DNA of 18,761 bases from Fimbriimonadales bacterium. Lineage in GTDB: Bacteria; Armatimonadota; Fimbriimonadia; Fimbriimonadales; ATM1. Each line of letters starts with the position of its first letter. Positions within the stretch are counted from its first letter, which is position 1. Under the pieces are notes generated by a model. That model was given only the letters and a program-made list of their open reading frames with translations. It had not been told where the DNA came from and did not search any database. Positions 1-8,745 of the stretch are shown one piece after another. The DNA lies in the NCBI GenBank assembly GCA_051003155.1, contig JBPCLO010000018.1:1-18761 (forward strand). The letters run 5' to 3'. Position numbers and translations under genes: made by a program.

Positions 1-108
1 ATGATACTCGCCTTGCTTGGGGGGCAATGCTCGCGTATTTTAGGTTGAACGTCCCCGGGAGACATGTCCGTGACAGGCGAGCATTGCGTTTGGAAGGTGG
101 TTCCGCAA

Positions 109-158
109 CCCCTCACCCGGTTCGCAAGCTCACCGACCTCTCCCACAAGGGGAGAGGT
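109..158. repeat. REP-like palindromic intergenic element (CCCTCACCC...ACCTCTCCC-loop-GGGAGAGGT); may act as terminator for the moaD-like gene
   Basis: Perfect 9-bp stem acctctccc (136-144) / gggagaggt (150-158) with a 5-nt loop, preceded by cccctcacccgg. It lies just past the stop codon at 164 and resembles a widespread small intergenic palindromic repeat. Confidence 0.55.
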
Positions 159-163
159 GCGAC

Positions 164-460
164 CTACCCGCCGGCTATAGCACCGATGATCATGAAGGGC
201 TCTTCACCGCTTGCCACAGCCTCCGGAAGCGGCTCGTCGGGCGACTCCAGTGAAAGGTCTCGCTCGCATCCGAAAAACCGCACAAACGGCCGGCGCTTCA
301 ACGTTCCGTGGTCGCGAATGGTGCCGCGGAGCATCGAGTACTTCGCTTCCAGGGCCTCGAGCACCGTTCGCTGCGTTGCGGCGCCGTTCACTTCCACCGA
401 AACCTCGCTACCGACTTGAGCCAGGTTACGCAGATGGTGGGGAAGGGTTACCCTGATCAT
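164..460 (-). CDS. MoaD/ThiS-family ubiquitin-like (beta-grasp) protein, 98 aa
   Basis: [14 protein letters not shown]...[14 protein letters not shown]...IIGAIAGG with the C-terminal GG motif. ATG at 460 overlaps the upstream gene's TGA (ATGA coupling). Confidence 0.88.
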   Translation of the reverse strand: MIRVTLPHHLRNLAQVGSEVSVEVNGAATQRTVLEALEAKYSMLRGTIRDHGTLKRRPFVRFFGCERDLSLESPDEPLPEAVASGEEPFMIIGAIAGG

Positions 461-1623
461 GGCAGCGTTTGCACCTCGACCGACAAAACGGAAGGGAAGT
501 CGCGAGCGATCGTCGACCAGTTGTCGCCCGCGTCGCGAGAGAAATACACCTGACCGCCTGTGGTGCCGAAATAGATCCCGCACGGGTCCATCGAATCGAC
601 GCACATGGCTTCCCGAAGCACGTTTACGTAGCAATCCTTTTGCGGCAGGCCGTTCGTGAGCGCCTCCCACTCGTTGCCACCCGTTCGGCTGCGATAGACG
701 CGCAGCTTGCCATTGGGCACGAAATGTTCGGAGTCACTCTTGATGGGCACCACATAGATAGTCTCCGGCTCATGCGCGTGAACGTCGATGGGGAAGCCGA
801 AATCGCTGGGCAGGTTGCCACTCACCTCGTGCCATGAGTCGCCCGCATCGTCGCTGCGCATGATATCGTAATGCTTCTGCATGAAGAGCGTGTCAGGACG
901 GCTCGGATGGATCGCAATTCGGTGTACGCAATGGCCGACTTCGGCCTCTGGAGAGGGCATGAATTCGGAGCGCAGGCCCTTGTTGATCGGCTTCCAACTC
1001 TTTCCACCGTCATCGCTGCGAAATGTGCCTGCGGCTGAGATTGCGGTGAAGATGCGCTGGGGGTTCTTGGGGTCGACGATTATGGTGTGCAGGCACATTC
1101 CGCCGGCGCCAGGCTGCCAGTCCGGTCCGGTGCCGTGCCCGCGCAAGCCGGGCAGCTCCGCCCATGTTTTGCCGGCGTCTTTGGATTCGAATATCGCCGC
1201 GTCCTCGACGCCCGCGAGCACCGTGTCGGGATCGGTAAGTGACGGCTCCAGATGCCAAACGCGCTTGAATTGCCAAGGAACGTCGGTCCCGTCGAACGTC
1301 TTGTGCGTGCCGGCGTGCCCTTCGTAGACGAACTTGTTGCTCTCGCCGCCCCGCATGCCGAAGGATGTCATCCGCTCCTCCTCGGTGCTTCCGGGTGTGC
1401 TCCACGTCTTGCCGCCGTCGTCGGAGCGCTGAATCACTTGCCAGAACCAGCCGCTTGTCTGCGAAGCATAGATTCGGTCAGGGTTTATCGGGGATGCCTT
1501 CAGGTGGTACATCTCCCACCCGGCAAAATGCGGTCCCTCGATCTTCCAATCCTTCCGGCCGCCATCTGCCGTGCAAATAAACGCCGCCTTTTTAGTGCCG
1601 ACGAGTACTCTGACTTTGCTCAT
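457..1623 (-). CDS. BNR/Asp-box repeat beta-propeller protein (sialidase/YCF48-like fold), 388 aa
   Basis: Multiple Asp-boxes: [54 protein letters not shown]. The start [12 protein letters not shown] is typical of this MoaD-linked family. Confidence 0.88.
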   Translation of the reverse strand: MSKVRVLVGTKKAAFICTADGGRKDWKIEGPHFAGWEMYHLKASPINPDRIYASQTSGWFWQVIQRSDDGGKTWSTPGSTEEERMTSFGMRGGESNKFVYEGHAGTHKTFDGTDVPWQFKRVWHLEPSLTDPDTVLAGVEDAAIFESKDAGKTWAELPGLRGHGTGPDWQPGAGGMCLHTIIVDPKNPQRIFTAISAAGTFRSDDGGKSWKPINKGLRSEFMPSPEAEVGHCVHRIAIHPSRPDTLFMQKHYDIMRSDDAGDSWHEVSGNLPSDFGFPIDVHAHEPETIYVVPIKSDSEHFVPNGKLRVYRSRTGGNEWEALTNGLPQKDCYVNVLREAMCVDSMDPCGIYFGTTGGQVYFSRDAGDNWSTIARDFPSVLSVEVQTLP

Positions 1624-1630
1624 GCTGCGC

Positions 1631-1636
1631 ATTATG
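1631..1636 (-). promoter_or_regulatory. Putative -10 box (CATAAT) for a leaderless BNR-gene transcript
   Basis: CATAAT lies 7 nt upstream of ATG 1623, with no Shine-Dalgarno sequence. Confidence 0.4.
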
Positions 1637-1651
1637 ACCCGCAATCAAGGT

Positions 1652-1743
1652 TGGCGGAGAGGGTGGGATTCGAACCCACGGAGGCTGTGACACCTCACCG
1701 CATTTCGAGTGCGGCGCACTAGACCGGGCTATGCGACCTCTCC
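1652..1743 (-). tRNA. tRNA-Ser(CGA)
   Basis: Reverse complement GGAGAGGTCGCATAG...CCGCA-CTCGAAA-TGCGG, long variable arm, GGTTCGAATCC T-loop, acceptor GGAGAGG/CCTCTCC, encoded CCA. Confidence 0.97.
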
Positions 1744-1751
1744 GCGACTAA

Positions 1752-1827
1752 TGGCGCCCTCGGAGGGATTCGAACCCCCGACGCCCGCCTTAGGACGGCG
1801 GCGCTCTATCCCCTGAGCTACGAGGGC
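1752..1827 (-). tRNA. tRNA-Arg(CCT)
   Basis: Reverse complement GCCCTCGTAGCTCAGGGGATAGAGC G CCGCC-GTCCTAA-GGCGG ... GGTTCGAATCC ... CGAGGGC GCCA; 76 nt. Confidence 0.96.
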
Positions 1828-1834
1828 GCGAGGC

Positions 1835-3127
1835 CTAAAGGATACCTGCCGAGCGTAGCGTGTGGTCCACGTGCCGCAGGTGGTGGTTCAGGTCGAAACA
1901 CTCGGCGACCTCGTCCGCAGTGAGCCTGGAAACTACATCGGGATCCGCCTCGACGCTCGCCCTGAAGTCCTCGCCCTCCCACGCTTTCGATGCGTTTCGC
2001 TGGGCAACTTTGTAGGCATCCTCGCGAGCCATCCCTTTTGAAACGAGCGCAACCATCACGTGCTCGCTGAAGACCAGGTCCCCCATCTTGCGAAGGTTCT
2101 CCAACATGCGCTCGGGGAAGACCTGGAGACCTGAAAGGATCGATGTCAAACGCTGAAGCATGAAATCGGCAAGGTGGAACGTGTCCGGAAAGACGATACG
2201 CTCAAGGCTCGAGTTCGTAAGGTCGCGCTCGTGCCACGTTGCGACGGATTCCATCATCGCGTGGGCGTTCGCCCTTAGAATTCGCGCCAGACCGCAGACC
2301 GTTTCGCTGTTCCACGGGTTGCGCTTGTGAGGCATGGCGCTGCTGCCGGTTTGACCCGAACCGAAGGCTTCCTGGACTTCGAGGATTTCGGTGCGCTGCA
2401 GGTTGCGCAGCTCGGTGGCGAATCGTTCGAGAGATGCGCCAAGAACCGCGACGACGTTGAGTAGGTTCGCGTGGCGATCTCGTGATACGATCTGTGTGCT
2501 GGCCGGGTCGGGTTCGAGCGCCAGAAGGCGGCAGGTTTTCGCTTCCACATCCGGGCCTCCAACTCCATGGACCCCGACGGGGCCGCTGACCTTGCCGACC
2601 GAAATCTCTTCACTTGCACCGATTAGCCGCTTTTCGGTGCGGAGCAATTCGGCGTGCCACCCGGCGAGTTTGAAACCGAAGGTAATCGGCTCCGCGTGAA
2701 TGCCGTGCGTTCGCCCGATCATCGGCGTGTGGGCATGCTCCTTCGCCAACCTGGCAACCTCGGAGCGCAGCGCCACGCAGGAAGCCAGCAATTGGTCCAC
2801 GGACTTGCGGAGCATCAGGGCGAGCGCCGTGTCGATGACGTCGTAGCTGGTGACTCCGTAGTGGATGTACTTTCCGGCATCGCCGGCGGTCTCGGCCATA
2901 TTGCGGACGAAGGCCATCAAATCGTGGCGGGTCTCCTTTTCCAATTCGGCCATGCGGTCCAGGTCGAACGAGGATTTCGCGGCGATCGCATCCGACGTGC
3001 CTGCGGGGATTCGGCCGGACGCCTCGTTGGCGCGGCAGATTGCCAGTTCCACGTCGAACCAGGTCCGAGTCTTTGCTTCCGGGCTCCAAATCGCCGCCAT
3101 TTCGGCCGTTTGGTATCGTTCGATCAA
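1835..3127 (-). CDS. purB: Adenylosuccinate lyase, 430 aa
   Basis: (M)IERYQ N-terminus, TRHD, GRTHGIHAEP, and the fumarate-lyase signature GSSAMPHKRNP. TTG start at 3127 overlaps the upstream TGA (TTGA). Confidence 0.96.
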   Translation of the reverse strand: MIERYQTAEMAAIWSPEAKTRTWFDVELAICRANEASGRIPAGTSDAIAAKSSFDLDRMAELEKETRHDLMAFVRNMAETAGDAGKYIHYGVTSYDVIDTALALMLRKSVDQLLASCVALRSEVARLAKEHAHTPMIGRTHGIHAEPITFGFKLAGWHAELLRTEKRLIGASEEISVGKVSGPVGVHGVGGPDVEAKTCRLLALEPDPASTQIVSRDRHANLLNVVAVLGASLERFATELRNLQRTEILEVQEAFGSGQTGSSAMPHKRNPWNSETVCGLARILRANAHAMMESVATWHERDLTNSSLERIVFPDTFHLADFMLQRLTSILSGLQVFPERMLENLRKMGDLVFSEHVMVALVSKGMAREDAYKVAQRNASKAWEGEDFRASVEADPDVVSRLTADEVAECFDLNHHLRHVDHTLRSAGIL

Positions 3128-3591
3128 TCGAGTGTTCCCAGGGCGCGCAGTGTCAGATTCATTGGTAAGGTTATACCGGGTACGGAAAGGGACGGGGCAC
3201 TTGGTGTGCAAGAGCCCAGGACTTGAGTATCGGCGTCGAGAGCTACTACGCCGGGCCCCTCCAGCCAGAAGACGCGAAGTTCACCATCAGCCGCGCTCAC
3301 GCGAACTTTCCATCCTTGCTGCGGACTGCTTACCGTGCACCCTTTGTGGCCGTATTGGCCGGCGGCTTCTGCGGTGATTCTTGCTGCAAGAGGAACCCGC
3401 TGTGGCATCTCGATCCAGGGCCGCCCCCTAATAGTCCGAACGCAGCGCGGTCCGATGTAGATCGTCGCACTTCTTGCGGTTTCGTGAGCCGCTGCGGAAA
3501 AGGCGTTCAGCAGCACGCCGAGGTCTTCCGGGTCGAGCGCCGCGGCCCTTTCCGGGTTTTTGGCGGCTTCGATAAACGCCTTCTGTGTCAT
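3124..3591 (-). CDS. Hypothetical protein, 155 aa (candidate partner of the sigma-like protein)
   Basis: Coupled on both sides: ATG 3591 overlaps the TGA of the upstream ORF, and its own TGA overlaps the purB TTG. No family recognised. Confidence 0.65.
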   Translation of the reverse strand: MTQKAFIEAAKNPERAAALDPEDLGVLLNAFSAAAHETARSATIYIGPRCVRTIRGRPWIEMPQRVPLAARITAEAAGQYGHKGCTVSSPQQGWKVRVSAADGELRVFWLEGPGVVALDADTQVLGSCTPSAPSLSVPGITLPMNLTLRALGTLD

Positions 3592-3977
3592 AAGCCCAAA
3601 ATCCTCTGCCCACGCTTGAGGTTCTGCTTTACCGTGATTGGCCGAAGGTGTTGGTCCTTGGTGATCGCCTCGACGTTCCGACCGAGCCACAAGTGAGCAT
3701 AGAGCGAGGCCCGTACGATCGGGTCGTCGATCTGCTCGATCATCAACAGGTTGGCGGAACCTGGCCGTTTTTTGCGTTTCGTGATCGCGGAAGCCACGAC
3801 GCATGCGGCCAGCGATACGAGCTTTGCTCGGTCGATATCCGACGTCTTTTGGGCGGCAGCGCGCAGGATCGGGCCATCCTCAACGCGGTCGAGTAACTCT
3901 TTGGCCTTCACGCCGTAAATCCTGGCGACTTCGCGGACCGCCGTCAGGTGTTCAAGTACGATTGAATTAGGTTCCAA
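3588..3977 (-). CDS. Hypothetical protein with sigma-70 region-4-like C-terminal HTH, ~129 aa; start uncertain (TTG 3977 or GTG 3983)
   Basis: Fills the gap between the purD stop and the next coupled ORF. C-terminus IEQIDDPIVRASLYAHLWLGRNVEAITKDQHLRPITVKQNLKRGQRIL follows the sigma-4 pattern. Confidence 0.6.
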   Translation of the reverse strand: MEPNSIVLEHLTAVREVARIYGVKAKELLDRVEDGPILRAAAQKTSDIDRAKLVSLAACVVASAITKRKKRPGSANLLMIEQIDDPIVRASLYAHLWLGRNVEAITKDQHLRPITVKQNLKRGQRILGL

Positions 3978-5193
3978 TGTCACGCCTGAAGTGCCAGGAG
4001 CCGCCTTCGAAGCGGCGGATTTGCGAGTAAATCTTGTCTCGGGCCAGGTTTGCATCAGGACCGCATGCTGTCAGCGCGAGGACCCGGCCGCCGTTACTGA
4101 CGAGCTTGCCGCCACTGAACTTTGTCCCGGAATGAAAGACGGACAGGCCCTCCAAGCCCGCAAGGTCGGGCAGTTCGACCCCCCTTTGGTAATCACGCGG
4201 ATACCCCTGAGAGGCGATCACAACCGTTACACAGGCGTCGCTTGACACCTCGACTTCGGGAAGTGCCCGTCCGGTCGCCGCTGCATGCAAGATCTCGGCG
4301 AAGTCCCCCCTTATCCGCGGCAGGATCGCTTGGGCTTCCGGATCGCCGAACCGAGCGTTGTACTCGAGTACTTTCGGACCATGCGAGGTAAGCATCAGGC
4401 CAGGATAAAGCGTACCGCGGAAGGGCGTGCCGTCGTCGGCGAATTTTTTGAGAACTGGCCCCACTAAGGCTTCGCCTAGCTTGTCCAAATCGTCGACATC
4501 TACCGGGGAGACCGCTCCCATTCCGCCGGTGTTAGGCCCTCCGCCCCCATCGAAGACCGCCTTATAGTCCCTGGCCGGCGGAAGCAGACGATAGTCTGTG
4601 CCGCTGCAGATGGCCATCAGGCTCACTTCGCGTCCCCTCAGCCGCTCTTCGACTACGATAGTTTTGCCGGCTTCGCCCAATTTGCCTTCGACCAACATTT
4701 CTGCCGCGGCGTCGATCGCCTCTTGCGCCGTTTCGCAAACGATCGCCCCTTTGCCCAATGCTTCACCGCTCGCCTTAACGACCAACGGCCCCGCGGACTC
4801 TTCGATGTATTTCTTGGCGGAAGAGAAGTCTGTAAACGTCTCATAGATCGCGGTAGGAATCCCAACCTCGCTCATGAACGCTTTGGCGAATGCCTTGCTG
4901 CTTTCGATCCGCGCACAACGCTCGCTCGGTCCATACACCATGGTGCCCCTTGCGCGAACGACATCGGCTACGCCCGCAAAGAGCTGGCGTTCGGGACCGA
5001 TAACTACCAGATCGATGGCGAGAGCCTTGCAAGCTGATGAGACAGCCGCGCCGTCCTCCGAATCGATTTTGATCAGCTCGCCAACCTCAGCTATTCCAGG
5101 GTTGCCGGGAGCGCAGAAGACCTCGGCGGTCTGACCGAGGCGCCAGCAGAGCGCGTGCTCGCGGCCACCTCCTCCAAGAACTAAGACCCTCAG
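3967..5193 (-). CDS. purD: Phosphoribosylamine--glycine ligase, 408 aa, apparent CTG start
   Basis: The frame extends upstream of the ORF-track start with LRVLVLGGGGREHALCWRL...APGNPG...DLVVIGPE. Motifs ESSKAFAK, GPNTGGMG, EYNARFGDPE and NGGRVL are present. Confidence 0.95.
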   Translation of the reverse strand: MRVLVLGGGGREHALCWRLGQTAEVFCAPGNPGIAEVGELIKIDSEDGAAVSSACKALAIDLVVIGPERQLFAGVADVVRARGTMVYGPSERCARIESSKAFAKAFMSEVGIPTAIYETFTDFSSAKKYIEESAGPLVVKASGEALGKGAIVCETAQEAIDAAAEMLVEGKLGEAGKTIVVEERLRGREVSLMAICSGTDYRLLPPARDYKAVFDGGGGPNTGGMGAVSPVDVDDLDKLGEALVGPVLKKFADDGTPFRGTLYPGLMLTSHGPKVLEYNARFGDPEAQAILPRIRGDFAEILHAAATGRALPEVEVSSDACVTVVIASQGYPRDYQRGVELPDLAGLEGLSVFHSGTKFSGGKLVSNGGRVLALTACGPDANLARDKIYSQIRRFEGGSWHFRRDIGT

Positions 5194-6587
5194 GAACCGC
5201 CACCGCTCTTGGACGTCAGGCGGTTCTTGCGGCCGCGCTTCAGATCGTCCGCGGCGTTGCTGAACAGCGTGTAGCTCGGCTCGAACGCGAGGGTGATCAC
5301 GTCGGTGGGGCCATTGCGATTCTTGCGAATAAACACATCGACCGGGGCGACCTTGGAGTAGTCGGCAACTTCTTCGCCGCTGTCATCGGCCTTTGCTCTG
5401 TAGAGCATTATCACGACGTCGGCGTCGGCTTCGATCGAGCCGGATTCACGAAGATCGCTGAGCTGCGGAACCGGTGGGTCACGAAGCTCGATGCCACGGG
5501 AAAGCTGGGAGAGCGCCACCACCGGCACGTCCAAATCCTTGGCGAGGTTTTTGAGACCTCTGGCGATTTCGGATATCTGCTGGGTTCGTCCCTCGTTGCC
5601 TTTCGTCGCGCGCATGAGCTGCAGGTAGTCGACCACGACAAATGCGAGTCCGCCCTCTTCCGATTTCAGGCGCCGGCACTTGCCGATCATGTCGAAAGTG
5701 CCGATGTCGGTCGAATCGTCGATGAACAGCTTTACGTTGTAGAGCTTCTCACAACCGTCCACCAGTCCTTGATAATCTTCATCTGAGAGCCGGCTGCGTT
5801 TGAGCGAGTATGCGTCCACTTTGCCAAGCATGGTGGCGTAGCGACGAACGAGTTCTAGGCTCGACATCTCCAGGCTGAATATCGCCACGTTCTGCGCCGT
5901 GACCCTAGCGGCATTGTAAGCCATCCAGAGCGCGAGCGAGGTCTTGCCGATGCCAGGTCTGGCGGCGACGATGATCAGGTTGCCAGGGTAGAAGCCGGTA
6001 AGCAAGTTGTCCAGGTCTACCAAACCCGACGGCAGGCCATGGATAGGTTCGCCGGTGTCGACGACGCGGTCGACCTCTTTGAAGAATTCGACGGCGAGGC
6101 TCGAAACCGGGGCGAAGTCCTTGCCGAGGCGCCGTCTGGACACGTCGAAGACCGCTTTCTCCGCGTCGAGGATTTTGTCGTCGACCGTCGTTTGCGGGTC
6201 ATGGACTTCTTTGACGATCTGGTGGCCGGCCCCTTCCAAGTCGCGAAGCATCGCTCGTTCGACGACGATGTCCGCGTAGTAATCTGCGTTGGTTGCGGAT
6301 GGGACCGAGTCGGCGATCTGGACGAGATAGTCTAGACCACCAATCTTATCGAGGCTGGCCCTTGCGACCAGTTCTTCCTGGAGGGTCAGGATGTCGATGT
6401 TGCGAAAGTTATGGTTGATCGCGACCATGGCCCGGAAAATCTCGCGGTGAACCGGGCTATAGAAGTCGTTTTCGTTGAGCCGGGAAATGAGTTTGTCGGC
6501 GGCTTGCCGATTGAGAAGCATTGCGCCGAGGGCGGCCATCTCCGAGTCGGTGCTGTGCGGCGGTAAGTGAAGTTCGAGCGCGTCCAT
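5190..6587 (-). CDS. dnaB: Replicative DNA helicase DnaB
   Basis: PPHS..SE N-terminus, Walker A AARPGIGKTS, VVDYLQLM, ALSQLSR, LSDLRESGSIEADAD, KNRNGPT. No intein seen. Confidence 0.98.
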   Translation of the reverse strand: MDALELHLPPHSTDSEMAALGAMLLNRQAADKLISRLNENDFYSPVHREIFRAMVAINHNFRNIDILTLQEELVARASLDKIGGLDYLVQIADSVPSATNADYYADIVVERAMLRDLEGAGHQIVKEVHDPQTTVDDKILDAEKAVFDVSRRRLGKDFAPVSSLAVEFFKEVDRVVDTGEPIHGLPSGLVDLDNLLTGFYPGNLIIVAARPGIGKTSLALWMAYNAARVTAQNVAIFSLEMSSLELVRRYATMLGKVDAYSLKRSRLSDEDYQGLVDGCEKLYNVKLFIDDSTDIGTFDMIGKCRRLKSEEGGLAFVVVDYLQLMRATKGNEGRTQQISEIARGLKNLAKDLDVPVVALSQLSRGIELRDPPVPQLSDLRESGSIEADADVVIMLYRAKADDSGEEVADYSKVAPVDVFIRKNRNGPTDVITLAFEPSYTLFSNAADDLKRGRKNRLTSKSGGGS

Positions 6588-6698
6588 GTGGGTTCAAAAA
6601 CTCAGACGAGGAATCGGAATCCTACGCGTCGTGGCGGCAAAAAAAGGCTACCGACTCTTGGGAGTTGGCAGCCAAGTGGGAAATCTGTGCAATACGGC

Positions 6699-7334
6699 CT
6701 ATTCTTTTGCTGGCGGTTCCTCGACGGGCAAATCATCGGCGGGAGTTGTTTCGATTGGCGCAGGCTCTTCGGATGCAGAAGCTTCTTCCGCGGCGTTGAG
6801 ACCTTCCTCAGCGGCAGCAGCGGCTTCCGCTTCCACAGACCCTTCGATGACCTGAGCCACCGGCTCCTCAATTCCGAGGAAGCCGTCTTGGTTCGCCACT
6901 TCGAGGTGGATGTGGGCGTCCACATCTCGGTGCAGGTCGACGAGGATGTTGTAAATGCCGAGCCGCTTGATCGGGTGGAGCAAGGCAACGGTGCGCTTGT
7001 CGACGTCGACACCCGTCGTCGATTTGATGGCTTCGGCGATATCTGACGACGTGATCGCGCCGAAGAGCTTTGTGGCGCCTTTGGCGGTCGAGCCCACCAC
7101 GCGCACGGTCTGGCCGTCGATTTTTGCGGCGAGCTTCTCGGCGTTAGCGCGCGTCTTCTCCGTCGCGGACGCGGCCTTCTGCTCTTCGCGCTCCAAACGA
7201 TCGAGGCTCGTCTTGTCGGCCACGCGAGCAAGTTTCTTGGGGAACAGGAAGTTCCGCGCGAAGCCGTCGGCTACCTTCACTACCTGGCCCTCTTTGCCGA
7301 GCTTCGCTATGGTCTGATTCAGGATGATCTTCAT
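6699..7334 (-). CDS. rplI: 50S ribosomal protein L9 with acidic C-terminal tail
   Basis: MKIIL...LGKEGQVVKVADGFARNFLFP, KLFGAIT, PIKRLG; canonical rplI-dnaB adjacency. Confidence 0.97.
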   Translation of the reverse strand: MKIILNQTIAKLGKEGQVVKVADGFARNFLFPKKLARVADKTSLDRLEREEQKAASATEKTRANAEKLAAKIDGQTVRVVGSTAKGATKLFGAITSSDIAEAIKSTTGVDVDKRTVALLHPIKRLGIYNILVDLHRDVDAHIHLEVANQDGFLGIEEPVAQVIEGSVEAEAAAAAEEGLNAAEEASASEEPAPIETTPADDLPVEEPPAKE

Positions 7335-7341
7335 AGAAACC

Positions 7342-8745
7342 TTATCTCTTCACGCCAATCCCGATAATTGCCGAATTCCGGTCGAAGATACGGTCCAGGC
7401 CGACCCAGCCGTATATGTCGTCACCGAAAAGGAAACGGGCCCGCATGTTGAACTTTAGATCGTTTGGATCGAATAAATCCCCGGTTAAGCTCAAGCGTGG
7501 CGTAGGCTGCAAGTCTACCCCAACGCCCGGTTTCGAGGCATAGATTCCGTACCTGATTGCGTTCTTGCCGAGCAGCTGCGAGTACTGGACAGTAAGCTGG
7601 TTGCTCTCGGTCGCGTCGTATACACCCGCGAAGATGCTCGATTTCTCGCTGAGCGGATAGTTGAAGAAGACGTCCGTCTGAAACCGGTCGGTGTCGAAGT
7701 TTCTGCCGGTTTCGAGCAGCAGGGACGGCCGTTCCAACTTGATGCCGGTGCCCGGCAGCTTTCCGACAAACTGATTGAGTCGCGTCAGCAGGTCTTTCGC
7801 TTCGACCGCAATCGCCTGGGCCGCGTCTGCCAACTCGATGGCTTTAGCCGTCACGATCTTGCCGTCGGCGGTCATCGCCTTTGTGTTCTCGGCTATGTCG
7901 ATGCCGGTGCGCGAGACTTGCTCCAGGTTCGCCATAGTGTTGTTAAGGGCCGTTCGCATATTGGGATCGGCTACGAAGCGATTCACTTCGGCGACGAGGT
8001 TCTCGGCCCGCTTGGCGGTGTTGTTGAGCGAGGCCAGTATGGCTTGCGCGTTGCCCGGGAGGTCGGTGTCGGCCACCTGCTTTGTGACGGTCGCGATTCC
8101 GTGGCGCAGGTCCTGTATCGCTGACGAAGCGTTAAGGAGGGCCGAACGCAGCGTCCCTTGGTTCTGACTGATGATGGTATGCGTTTGGCCAAGGACTTTG
8201 TTGAGCGCTACCAGCGTCTGCTCGGTCCCTGTAAGAACGCCCTTGATGCGGCCGCGCAGTTCTGGATCGCTCAGGAGGTCTCGCGTTGCCTTCAATGTCT
8301 CGGTCAGCTCGCGGAAGGTTTGTTCACCTTCGGGAAGGATAGTCTTGAGTAGCGATCCCTTCACCGCCGGAATAGTGCTTCCAACGGGCAGTTTTCCCGC
8401 GTCCTTGCCTCGTTCCGTGATCACTTGAAGAGTCGCCTCCCCCAGGCTGAAGAGAGGTGTCGGGACGGTCAGCTTGGCATCCGTGGGGATGAACGTCCCC
8501 TTCTCAATGCTCAGCTTGGCTCGTGCGATCTTGGGATTGAGCAGGTCTACGTCCGAAACGGAGCCGATCTTTACGCCTGCCATTGTGACCATTGTGCCGG
8601 CCTGAAGACCGCCGATGTCCGCGAAATCGCCGTAATAGGTGTCGACGGGTTTCTTGAAGAGGCTATTCCCAACGACCGAGAACCCCGCTATTAGCAACGC
8701 TCCGAAGACGATAACGAAGAGACCGATTTTCCAGGCTGATGCCAT
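7342..8745 (-). CDS. Long MCE/MlaD-family protein: TM helix, MCE domain, helical stalk and putative C-terminal beta-barrel
   Basis: N-terminal TM KIGLFVIVFGALLIAGF; MCE motif F.DIGGLQAGTMVTMAGVKIGSVSDV; long amphipathic helical region; about 130 aa of alternating beta-strand pattern at the C-terminus; GGAG SD upstream. Confidence 0.88.
   Translation of the reverse strand: MASAWKIGLFVIVFGALLIAGFSVVGNSLFKKPVDTYYGDFADIGGLQAGTMVTMAGVKIGSVSDVDLLNPKIARAKLSIEKGTFIPTDAKLTVPTPLFSLGEATLQVITERGKDAGKLPVGSTIPAVKGSLLKTILPEGEQTFRELTETLKATRDLLSDPELRGRIKGVLTGTEQTLVALNKVLGQTHTIISQNQGTLRSALLNASSAIQDLRHGIATVTKQVADTDLPGNAQAILASLNNTAKRAENLVAEVNRFVADPNMRTALNNTMANLEQVSRTGIDIAENTKAMTADGKIVTAKAIELADAAQAIAVEAKDLLTRLNQFVGKLPGTGIKLERPSLLLETGRNFDTDRFQTDVFFNYPLSEKSSIFAGVYDATESNQLTVQYSQLLGKNAIRYGIYASKPGVGVDLQPTPRLSLTGDLFDPNDLKFNMRARFLFGDDIYGWVGLDRIFDRNSAIIGIGVKR

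Noticed and set aside
1..108. Possible gene start at the left edge
   Set aside because: No recognisable protein or initiation signal in the available sequence.
3128..3211. ORF-track N-terminal extension of purB (similar extensions for truB, the dehydrogenase and the MoaD-like gene)
   Set aside because: The extensions overlap upstream genes and precede the conserved family N-termini, so the starts were trimmed.
6602..7231. 209-aa alternative-frame ORF over rplI, and other shadow ORFs (e.g. 8879-9706, 11240-11935, 3223-3696)
   Set aside because: They overlap better-supported genes and show Arg/Ser/Pro-rich or antisense composition typical of GC-rich shadow frames.
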